Assembly: GCA_965261025.1 (NCBI GenBank)
Contig: OZ253438.1
Coordinates: forward strand, 270,001-302,000
DNA from: Chlamydiales bacterium
GTDB lineage: Bacteria; Chlamydiota; Chlamydiia; Chlamydiales; SM23-39
DNA length: 32,000 nucleotides
Reading direction: 5' to 3'
The notes beneath the pieces are model-generated. The model made no database searches, was not told the origin of the DNA, and saw nothing but the letters and a program-made list of their open reading frames with translations. This document shows, piece by piece, positions 17,223 through 25,397 of this stretch; the stretch's first letter is position 1; the number at the start of each line of letters is the position of its first letter. The position numbers were made by a program, and so were the translations under genes.

Positions 17223-17855
17223 ATGGAACCTTTGGGCTTAATAGAAGCTATTGTATATATCAATCTCAAGAAACGAGATGATCGAAGAAAAAGTCTTTTA
17301 CAAGAGCTAAAAAAATTAAGAGTAAACCTCAATAAGGTGTTTCGAATAGAAGCTTTTGAGGAAAAGGAAAATGGGACCAGAGCTTGCGTAAGGAGTCATA
17401 TTCAAGCTTTGGAGCTGGCTTATTATAAAAAATGGAAGAGTGTTTTAATTTTAGAAGATGATGTTATTTTTTCTTTAGACCCAGAAAAAATCTCTAGGTA
17501 CATCGCTTCTTTTCTTAGGCATTTTCAGGATAAATGGGATGTTTTTTTCTTGGGAACGGAAATGGTTGCTTCTAAGCCAACAGACCATCCTTTTTATTTT
17601 CAGATTCTCTTTTCTATAAGAGCTCATGCCTATTTGGTAAATGGTCCCTATGTAAAATCCTTACGGGATTTTTTCATTAGGGTATATAGATCTATGCAGA
17701 AGGATGAAAGCCACGCTATTTCCTTAAAAAAAGGGCTCGATAAAGAATGGGTTCATCTTCAAATGAAGGATCGATGGTTTTGTGGAAAATCTATAGTGGC
17801 CTTTCAAAAAAAGGATTTTAGCGATATTGATCAAAAGTTAAAAAATCAGAGGTAG
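17223..17855 (+). CDS. Glycosyltransferase family 25 (LOS/LPS beta-glycosyltransferase-like)
   Basis: 'YINLKKRDDRR...FRIEAF...CVRSHIQALELA...VLILEDDVIF' is the GT25 pattern. Confidence 0.7.
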   Translation: MEPLGLIEAIVYINLKKRDDRRKSLLQELKKLRVNLNKVFRIEAFEEKENGTRACVRSHIQALELAYYKKWKSVLILEDDVIFSLDPEKISRYIASFLRHFQDKWDVFFLGTEMVASKPTDHPFYFQILFSIRAHAYLVNGPYVKSLRDFFIRVYRSMQKDESHAISLKKGLDKEWVHLQMKDRWFCGKSIVAFQKKDFSDIDQKLKNQR

Positions 17856-17949
17856 CTCTTTTATATGTTTATGAGGAAAGGTGGGAACACCACCCGCCTT
17901 GTGCAGTAGGTAGTTGATACCCTTTCCCTTTACACTTTGCTTAAAGGAT

Positions 17950-19317
17950 TTACCAGTTTTCAGATTTTTTAAAGTATTGCCAAATCCCTTTTAGTCTCCA
18001 GTATATATAAAGCTGTCGGAATCCAAAATTTTCTGAAAAAGAATACCAAAGAAGGCGAAGGATTTGTCGCAAGTATTGATACCTCCGAAAACTGGTGATC
18101 TCCATAGAAACAGAGACAAAGCTCAAAGCTATAGTTAGTCCCCAAGAAGCAAGAAGATAAAGGAGCGGAGCAATCCAGGGAATAACCCCTATGATAAGCC
18201 CTATAATCATCATGAGAAACCCTACCACTTCAACGACAGGCTCGAGCATTTCTCCAAAGAGATAGTAAGGATAAACAAGTAACCCTGCGAGACCATATTT
18301 GGGATTGAAAAGGAGGTATTTATATTTTACAAGTCCCTGAATCAACCCCTGATGCCACCTTGCCCGTTGCTTGGATAGAGCTTTTACGGTCTCAGGAACT
18401 GTTGTCCAGGCAACAGGATCTGGAATAAACAAAATGGGTCGACGAATTCCTTTTTTAGCTTGTTGTATGAAAAGACGTAAGGTAAACTCAAAGTCCTCGC
18501 CAATGGAAGTAACATCGAATCCTCCCGCTTCTAAAACGGCTTTTCTATCGAAAAGACCAAAGGCACCAGAGATAATGAAGTTGCCTCCTAAATAGTTCCA
18601 TCCAAGCCTTCCATATAAAAAAGAACGTAAGTATTCTGCTACTTGAATTCCAGGAAGATATTTTTTAGGGATATCTATTTTTTCAATTTTTCCCTCCTTG
18701 AAGGTACAGCCATTTAAAATACGAAGAGTGCCCCCTTGCCCGACTACATTATCGTGTAATAAAAAAAAGCGAGTCATTTTTAAAAGCGCGCTTTTTTCCA
18801 GGTAAGTATCTGCATCGATGATAGCTATTAAAGAAGAGATGCTATAGTTGATCCCTGCATTATTGGCGTCACTTTTTCCTCCCTGCTCTTTATCAATGAC
18901 AAACAAGTTAGGGACTAAATTAGAGCGGTAAAATCCTTTTACTGGCTTGCTTTTTAAAGTAGGGGGAGTTTGGGGAAGGACGGGATAAAGTTCATAGGTG
19001 TCTTTTAGTCTTTGTAGGGAATCGTCGGTAGAGCCATCATTTACAATGATAATTTCTTTAGAAGGGTAGGAAACCTCTAAAATCCCTTCAATAAAGCCGC
19101 AAAGAGACTCTCCTTCATTATGAACCGGAATTACAATAGAAATAGAAGGAAAAGAGTCTGAGGAAGCTATAACTTGGTCATTTTCTGATAGGGTTTCTTT
19201 AAAACGCCTTCGAATGGCGGGAATGGAGAGTGCTATGAGGAGAATATAAAAAGAATTTATGATTAAAAAGTAGATAACAAAATAAAACCCTGTGGTGCTA
19301 ATGATATGTTCTATCAT
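17950..19317 (-). CDS. Processive family-2 glycosyltransferase (PgaC/IcaA/NodC/cellulose-synthase-like) with flanking TM helices
   Basis: 'IVIPVHNE', 'VNDGSTDD', 'IDADT', 'GEDFEFTLRL' and 'QRARWHQG' (QxxRW) are present. There is an N-terminal TM segment and about four C-terminal ones. Confidence 0.85.
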   Translation of the reverse strand: MIEHIISTTGFYFVIYFLIINSFYILLIALSIPAIRRRFKETLSENDQVIASSDSFPSISIVIPVHNEGESLCGFIEGILEVSYPSKEIIIVNDGSTDDSLQRLKDTYELYPVLPQTPPTLKSKPVKGFYRSNLVPNLFVIDKEQGGKSDANNAGINYSISSLIAIIDADTYLEKSALLKMTRFFLLHDNVVGQGGTLRILNGCTFKEGKIEKIDIPKKYLPGIQVAEYLRSFLYGRLGWNYLGGNFIISGAFGLFDRKAVLEAGGFDVTSIGEDFEFTLRLFIQQAKKGIRRPILFIPDPVAWTTVPETVKALSKQRARWHQGLIQGLVKYKYLLFNPKYGLAGLLVYPYYLFGEMLEPVVEVVGFLMMIIGLIIGVIPWIAPLLYLLASWGLTIALSFVSVSMEITSFRRYQYLRQILRLLWYSFSENFGFRQLYIYWRLKGIWQYFKKSENW

Positions 19318-19392
19318 AAAAAATAGTGCAAAAAGACTCTAATTCTTTTAATAAAGAAATAGAGAGGGTTTCACAACAAAAATGTAGTTTTT

Positions 19393-20886
19393 ATGGGAAA
19401 AAGATTTTTTCTTTACTCCATCTGGCTTTTTGCTATTTCTCTGTTGATTGTCCAGATATCCTTGGGAGGATATTTTTCCTGGGATGTGGGCCGCCTTGCA
19501 GAAAAAGGGATCCAGGTTCTTCTTAATGGAGCTATTATCAGCCTCCTCATTTTTGCTGTAAGTGGGGCCTTATTTCACTTTGTAGTTACTCAGAAAAAAA
19601 ATTTTTTCCTTTTAGGGGGGGCTTTTTTTTGCATTTCTTTTTTAGAAGTTTTTGTTTTTTTTCTCGTAGAAAAATGGATTTCTTTAGGAATTCCTTACCA
19701 GGAACAAATAACTTTTGCTATTTGGTTTAGCCTCTTTTTACAAAAAATTTTCCTTTTTTTGGGAGGACTTTGGTTTTGCTTTTGTGGGAAAGAAACCTCC
19801 ACTAAGGTGTGTTGCACTACTTTTGCTGTATTTATGTTTGCCTTCCTAGGCTTTACTATGTATTTCGGAATCTATCAAAATTATTTTTTATTTTTATATC
19901 AAAAAATTTCCCCTCTTCCAGGTATCTATTTTTCTTCTACGCTTTTTTTTCTTCTTTTTTTACTTCCTGCTTTAGTAAGGCTTTTTTTCTCAGAGAAGTC
20001 CTATTTTTTCCTTTCCGTCTTTCTTTTTTTTATTCCGCAGTTGATAGGAGAAAATACCTTTTTTTATTTTGCCGGGAAAAATTTTGATCAAGCTTTGGCT
20101 CTTTTTTTTCTATTAGTTTTGGTCTCTACCATCCCGTTGATCTTGGGCATTACGCTAGACAATTTTTATCTGTTTCGTCAGCAGCAGAGGATAGAGGCTT
20201 TTTCTGTCAGAGAATCCGAAGGAAAAACCCGTTTCATTAATGCCTTAACGCACGAGATTTTAAACCCTTTAAATGCGGTGATGGCCTATAACCAACTTCT
20301 TTCGGAAGGGCTAGAAGGAGACTTGAATGCTGTGCAGAAAGATACTATGGGAAAGTCTATGAAAGCTTGTGAGAGACTACAAAACCTGGTAGAAGAGCTC
20401 TCCACTTTGTCCAAAGCAGAGCAAGGGAAATTAGGGTATAACTTAGAAAAGCTAGATATAAGAAAAGAATGGGAAGCTTCTTTGCCCGTGCTACAAGAAA
20501 TGGGAAAGAAAAGAGAGATCGAAGTTCAGCTGCAAGGGGAATCTAAGTCTTTTATGATAAAAGCAGATAAGAGGAGATTTTCCCAGGTAGTTCTAAATCT
20601 TTTCCTATATCTTTTTCATTTTTTTGAAAAGACTCAAATTCTTATAGAGATAAAAGAAGCTCAAAGCCTTTTTACAGTCTTAGTGAAAGGAAAAAAACTT
20701 TCACAGATAGAATCAGTAGATCTTTCTTCCATAAACCGGTTCGCTCTCCTTTTTTCAGAGGTGAACGTGCGCCCTTTTCTCTGGATCTCCCTTTGTGAGA
20801 AGCTCTTTAAAGAGCAGGGAGGGGAACTTATAGTAAAACAGGAAAAGGAGGGGCTTTGTTTTTATGGGAAATTACAAAAAGTATAG
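19393..20886 (+). CDS. Polytopic sensor histidine-kinase-like protein with an intact H-box and a degenerate ATPase domain
   Basis: The N-terminal domain has about 8 TM segments. The HisKA motif 'FINALTHEILNPLNAV' is present. The N-box position reads 'VVLNLFLYLFHF'. There is no DxGxG or GxGLG box. Confidence 0.65.
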   Translation: MGKRFFLYSIWLFAISLLIVQISLGGYFSWDVGRLAEKGIQVLLNGAIISLLIFAVSGALFHFVVTQKKNFFLLGGAFFCISFLEVFVFFLVEKWISLGIPYQEQITFAIWFSLFLQKIFLFLGGLWFCFCGKETSTKVCCTTFAVFMFAFLGFTMYFGIYQNYFLFLYQKISPLPGIYFSSTLFFLLFLLPALVRLFFSEKSYFFLSVFLFFIPQLIGENTFFYFAGKNFDQALALFFLLVLVSTIPLILGITLDNFYLFRQQQRIEAFSVRESEGKTRFINALTHEILNPLNAVMAYNQLLSEGLEGDLNAVQKDTMGKSMKACERLQNLVEELSTLSKAEQGKLGYNLEKLDIRKEWEASLPVLQEMGKKREIEVQLQGESKSFMIKADKRRFSQVVLNLFLYLFHFFEKTQILIEIKEAQSLFTVLVKGKKLSQIESVDLSSINRFALLFSEVNVRPFLWISLCEKLFKEQGGELIVKQEKEGLCFYGKLQKV

Positions 20887-20889
20887 GTT

Positions 20890-23205
20890 ATGGGAGAAGT
20901 AAAAACCTTTTTTTTTTCAGGGCAAAATGGGCAAGTAGGAGAACATCTGAAGCAGCTTGCCGAGAAAAAAGGAATTTCTCCTGCTGGTAAAGAGGAAGAG
21001 GCTTCCCTCTATTTTTTAGAAACCTCTGACGTAGAGGGAGCTTTAAAATTTTTTTCTGAAAAAGAGAATATAAAAGGTATAAAAAGCGTAATCTGCTCTC
21101 CGGAATCCTACCCTTCTTTTGTTGAGGCAAAAAAAGAAAAAAAGTATCAGGGAGTTTTCAAGCAGCTTTTAGAAGAAGAAGTTCTACAATTTTTTTTCTC
21201 CTTGTGTTTATTGCCTAAGTATTCAGAAAAAGCAGATATGGAAGTTCTTTTTGAAGAGTATAAGTGGAGTTTGCTTGACAAGTATTATATTTTAAGGGAT
21301 TTAAGAGAAGGTTTTTTACAAAATAAAAAAAAAGAGGATCTAGAAGCCTTAAAAAAAGCTGTTCATAAGCTTGCGGGAAATTCAGGTTCTTACGGTTTTT
21401 TGAAGGTAAGTGAGCTTTGTAAAAAAGAAGAGCAAGATCTTGAAAAAGGGCTACAAGAAATAGATAAGAGGGACTGGGGTAAAGAGCTTCCCTCTTTCTT
21501 TTCTTCTTTACTTGCAGCTTTTTCAGAATTTTCTCCTCAAAAGCAGGCAGAGCCGGAAAAGGAGGTTTTAGAAAAAAAAGAGGGTACGAGTCTATATCTC
21601 ATTGATGATGACGTAGATTTTACCAATTTAATTAAGCAAGTAGCTCTTTCTAAGAATATAGCAATAGAAGTAGAAAATAGCTTTTTAGCTGCAGAAAAAA
21701 AGTTAGCAGATGCAGGATTTCAACCGAGGATCATTTTATTTGATCTGGTTTCTGAAAAAGAAAGTCTTTCTGGGCTTGATTTGGTACAAAAGTATACAGA
21801 GTCGCATCCGCAAAAAGGAGATACTGTTTTAGGTATTCTTTCTGCCCAAGGGGAAGCTTCCTTTCGTTCTGAGGCGGTGAATAAATCGATAGATCTTTAT
21901 TTACAAAAACCCATTTCTCCAGAGGGTCTTTTAAGCCAGATTGAACTGATACTTTCTAATAAATTAGAAGGGGGAGGTTCTCTTTTTTTAATAGATGATG
22001 ATTCTGATTTTTGCCAGTTTTTTACAAAAGTTTTTGAAAATACCCCTTGGAAGGTAAAAACGGCCTCTTCTTGTAAACAAATTTTCCAAGATTTAGAGAG
22101 TTTTTCCCCTGATCTTCTCTTTTTAGATATTGAAATGCCAGAAATAGACGGAATCCAAGCCTTGAAAATGGTGCGATCTGATGCACGGTATAATTCCTTG
22201 AACGTATTTATTGTGACAGCAAAAAAGGATCCGGAACATCTTCGTTTTTTAGCTCAGCTGGGTATACAAGGGTTTCTGTTAAAACCTATAGAGCCTAAAG
22301 AGCTTCAATCCCAAGTAAGGGCCTTTTTTCAAAAACAAGAGGCTCTGAGTATTATTTATAAAAAGGATCCCTTTTTAGGGGTCTATCAGAAGAGAGCTTT
22401 AGAAAGTTTTTTAAAGACCTTAATAGTTCAAGAAAAAGAATTTGGGATTGTGCTTTTTCAGGTAGAAGAATTTTCCCCTGAGAAGAAAGAAAAAGAAAAG
22501 TGGAACTATTTTACAACTTCTTTGAATCAATTCTTTCCTCAAAAGGATCTTGCAGGAGTGTGGGCCGAAAAAGAGATAGTATTAGTTTTCTCTACTTTTC
22601 CTAGAAAACTTCTCTACCGTCTTGTCCATAGCTTCCTTCAATTTTTAACAGAGGATGAAAAATTAAAAAGTTTGTTCGAAGTATTCAAAATATACACCTC
22701 GATTATTTTTTACCCAGAAGAGGGGAAAAATATAGTGGAGCTTATAGAAAAAGGGAAAAGACTGATTCAAGAAAAAAAAGGCGAGAAAAAGTGGGGGGTT
22801 TTTGGGGAAGAAGGACTTTTTGGAACAAAAAGAACAGGAAAAAAGGCCTTAATGGTCTCCTCTGATGAAGAAATTCGAACCGTATTACGCTTTTATTTGC
22901 AAAGAGAGCATTTTATTCTTATTGAAATACCTACAGGAAAAGAGGGTCTTTCCTGGATCCATAAGAAGATGTTTGAAGAAAAAGTCGATTTCATCATTTT
23001 AGATATGGATCTACAGGATATTAGTGGGATTCTTTTTTTGGAAAAACTAGCCACATTTTCCGGAGAAAAAATTCCCTTAATGGTGTTGTCCTATCATAAT
23101 AGGGATAAGGAGATACTGGAGATCTTCTCTTTAAAAAACATCATCTATATTCAAAAGCCTTTTAGTTTAGAAGCTTTTTCTAGGAGGTTAGAGCAGCTTT
23201 TATGA
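20890..23205 (+). CDS. Multidomain phosphorelay protein: HPt - REC - REC - degenerate GGDEF - REC
   Basis: HPt: 'AVHKLAGNSGSYGF'. REC modules: 'LYLIDDD...ILFDL...QKP', 'LFLIDDD...LFLDIEMPEIDG...VTAKKD...LKP' and 'IILDMDLQDISG...QKPF'. The GGDEF-like block has 'DLAGVWAEKEIVLVF' in place of 'DL...YGG(D/E)EF'. Confidence 0.7.
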   Translation: MGEVKTFFFSGQNGQVGEHLKQLAEKKGISPAGKEEEASLYFLETSDVEGALKFFSEKENIKGIKSVICSPESYPSFVEAKKEKKYQGVFKQLLEEEVLQFFFSLCLLPKYSEKADMEVLFEEYKWSLLDKYYILRDLREGFLQNKKKEDLEALKKAVHKLAGNSGSYGFLKVSELCKKEEQDLEKGLQEIDKRDWGKELPSFFSSLLAAFSEFSPQKQAEPEKEVLEKKEGTSLYLIDDDVDFTNLIKQVALSKNIAIEVENSFLAAEKKLADAGFQPRIILFDLVSEKESLSGLDLVQKYTESHPQKGDTVLGILSAQGEASFRSEAVNKSIDLYLQKPISPEGLLSQIELILSNKLEGGGSLFLIDDDSDFCQFFTKVFENTPWKVKTASSCKQIFQDLESFSPDLLFLDIEMPEIDGIQALKMVRSDARYNSLNVFIVTAKKDPEHLRFLAQLGIQGFLLKPIEPKELQSQVRAFFQKQEALSIIYKKDPFLGVYQKRALESFLKTLIVQEKEFGIVLFQVEEFSPEKKEKEKWNYFTTSLNQFFPQKDLAGVWAEKEIVLVFSTFPRKLLYRLVHSFLQFLTEDEKLKSLFEVFKIYTSIIFYPEEGKNIVELIEKGKRLIQEKKGEKKWGVFGEEGLFGTKRTGKKALMVSSDEEIRTVLRFYLQREHFILIEIPTGKEGLSWIHKKMFEEKVDFIILDMDLQDISGILFLEKLATFSGEKIPLMVLSYHNRDKEILEIFSLKNIIYIQKPFSLEAFSRRLEQLL

Positions 23206-24281
23206 GTCGTTGGTTTTTTTTAGAGAAATTAATTTTTTTTGAATTTGTCATTCTTTTCTTTTTTATTTCTTTGATCCTCTTTGTCTCTTTTTTTTATGAA
23301 ATTTCTAGCAAGATAAAGCAAAGAAAAAAAAAGGTGATCCAAGAAATATTAACCCACTTTCTAGCGGAGCAGATTTATGTAACGGATATTGTAATACCTG
23401 AGTATTTAAGAGATTTTGAAATTTTTATCAGCGTTATAGAAGAATTTGATATAAAAATGACGAGCCTTTCCTGGACTCTTATGAAGGAATGGGTGATTCA
23501 TGACATCTTTAAAGAAAAGCTAAGAAAGACGCTCTCATCTAGCTTTTGGGCGAAAAATCTTCTTGCTTTAAGAGCGCTAAATCTTTCTCCTCGAGTTTCT
23601 TTCTTAGAGAAGGTAAAACCTTTTTTAGAAAAAACCAGACCCATTCTTCGATTTTCCGCTGTACCCATTTTAATCCAGATGGGGACAAAAGAGGCTATTT
23701 ACAGTGTAATAAAAGCCATGGCAAAAGAGTCTAAAACAACCCAGTATCCCTATAGAGATAACCTTTTAAAAGCCCCTGTTTTTATATATAAAATCTTACA
23801 AGAGCTTTACCACAGTTGTCAGGAAAGAGAGATGCGTCTTTGTTGTTTAAAGGTCTTATCTACAAAAGTAGGTTTTTTACAATATACAAGTTTAGAGAAA
23901 GATTTACATGGTGAAGACTTAGAAGTAAAATGGTGGGCTATTAGAGCGCTAGCAAATAATCCCTCAATGGAGATTTTTTCTTTTTTGAAAAAGCAGGTAG
24001 AGGACAAAGACTGGAGAATCCGTTCTCTTTCCTGGCAGATTTTAGGGAGAAATAAGCTTCATGAAGATTTGGGCTTTTTTACAAAGGGGTTAGAAGATGA
24101 GCACTACTGGGTTCGTATTTGTGCCGGATGGGCTATAAAGGGGCAAGGAGAAGAAGGGATAAAAATTTTACAGAATCAGACACAGGAAAAACAGACAAGC
24201 TTTTCTGTTTCACAATATGTTTTACAGGCTTCCTATGCAGAATTTGAAAAGAATTTGGAAACCATGTCAGTATACTTGTAA
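23202..24281 (+). CDS. Membrane-anchored HEAT-repeat protein
   Basis: N-terminal TM 'LIFFEFVILFFFISLILFVSFF'. C-terminal repeats 'DLEVKWWAIRALA', 'DKDWRIRSLSWQILG' and 'DEHYWVRICAGWAI'. Overlaps the upstream gene by ATGA. Confidence 0.6.
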   Translation: MSRWFFLEKLIFFEFVILFFFISLILFVSFFYEISSKIKQRKKKVIQEILTHFLAEQIYVTDIVIPEYLRDFEIFISVIEEFDIKMTSLSWTLMKEWVIHDIFKEKLRKTLSSSFWAKNLLALRALNLSPRVSFLEKVKPFLEKTRPILRFSAVPILIQMGTKEAIYSVIKAMAKESKTTQYPYRDNLLKAPVFIYKILQELYHSCQEREMRLCCLKVLSTKVGFLQYTSLEKDLHGEDLEVKWWAIRALANNPSMEIFSFLKKQVEDKDWRIRSLSWQILGRNKLHEDLGFFTKGLEDEHYWVRICAGWAIKGQGEEGIKILQNQTQEKQTSFSVSQYVLQASYAEFEKNLETMSVYL

Positions 24282-24284
24282 TGT

Positions 24285-25373
24285 ATGGATTTTTCTTGGA
24301 AAAAATATTATAGGACTCCCTCTAAAAAGCAGGAAAAAATTGCTGACAAATACAATAGGGAAGGAAAAGTTGCTTGCTTTGTTTTTGCAGGAGGAATGGC
24401 TTCTCGCTTAAATCTTTTTGGAGCGAAAGGGTGTTTGCCTGTGACTCCTTTTAAGAAAAAGAGTTTTTTTCAGATTTTTTTTGAGAGGGTAAAAGCTTTT
24501 GAAAAGCATTTTACTACTCAAGTAGAAGTGGGTATTATGCTTTCTTCAAAAAATGAAAAAGAAACACGTGTTTTTTTACAAAAGAAGCATTATTTTTCCT
24601 TTCCCCCTTCTCAGATTACCTTTTTTTTGCAACCAGATTTTGTTTGTTTAGATGATAAGGGAAAAAAGCTCTCCTCAAAAGCACCTTCTGGTAACGGAGC
24701 GGCAATCTTTTTATTGAAAAAGAGTAAATGGCTCTCTTTTTTGCAAGAAAAGGGGGTAGAGTGTGTTCATTTTATCCCTGTGGATAACCCTTTGATAGAT
24801 CCCTTAGATAGCGCTCTTACAGGCTCTCTTATAGAAAACCAGTGGGATGTAGTCATTTCGGGGGTAAAAAGGAAGAAAAGAGAAGAAAACTTGGGGGCGC
24901 TTTTTTTTGAACAAGATAGGCTTAAAATCAGAGATTACATGGAGCTTTCCCAAAGAAAGCAGTATCTTCCTGTATTAAGTACAGGGCAGTATTGCCTTTT
25001 TCTTCCTTGGCTTATTTCTGCCATAAAAAAAGCAAAAATGCCGATTCATTGGGTAGAAAAAAAGCTAACAAGAGCGGGAAAACAGGTGCGTAAAGGGGAG
25101 ATGTTTTTCTTTGATCTTTTTCAAAATAAGGGAAAAGTAGGGGTTTTATGTCGCAACCGCCGGCTTTTTTTTTCCCCTTTTAAAAGAGAAGAAGAAATAA
25201 AAAAGATGCAGCGAGATTTTCTAAAGAGAGATAAAGCGCTTTTAGAAAAAATCTCTGGAAAAAAAGGAAAGGGCCCCTATGAATTGGGCGCCTGTTTTTT
25301 TTATCCTTCCAAAAAGTTAATTCAAAGATGGAGGAAGAAAGACTTGCCGGAAAAAGGATATATTCCCTATTAG
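24285..25373 (+). CDS. UDP-sugar pyrophosphorylase family protein (UDPGP/UAP1-like, divergent)
   Basis: 'FAGGMASRLNLFGAKGCLPV', 'PSGNGAAIF' and 'HFIPVDNPL' parallel the L(A)GGxGTRLG / GNGG / VDN motifs. Confidence 0.6.
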   Translation: MDFSWKKYYRTPSKKQEKIADKYNREGKVACFVFAGGMASRLNLFGAKGCLPVTPFKKKSFFQIFFERVKAFEKHFTTQVEVGIMLSSKNEKETRVFLQKKHYFSFPPSQITFFLQPDFVCLDDKGKKLSSKAPSGNGAAIFLLKKSKWLSFLQEKGVECVHFIPVDNPLIDPLDSALTGSLIENQWDVVISGVKRKKREENLGALFFEQDRLKIRDYMELSQRKQYLPVLSTGQYCLFLPWLISAIKKAKMPIHWVEKKLTRAGKQVRKGEMFFFDLFQNKGKVGVLCRNRRLFFSPFKREEEIKKMQRDFLKRDKALLEKISGKKGKGPYELGACFFYPSKKLIQRWRKKDLPEKGYIPY

Positions 25374-25397
25374 CCTAAGCCAGGCTGTTAAACTCTT

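Noticed and set aside
17856-17949. Short hairpin 'ggtgggaacaccacc' between the convergent GT25 and GT2 genes, as a possible terminator
   Set aside because: The stem is only 5 bp and no adjacent U-tract exists on either strand. This is too weak to call.
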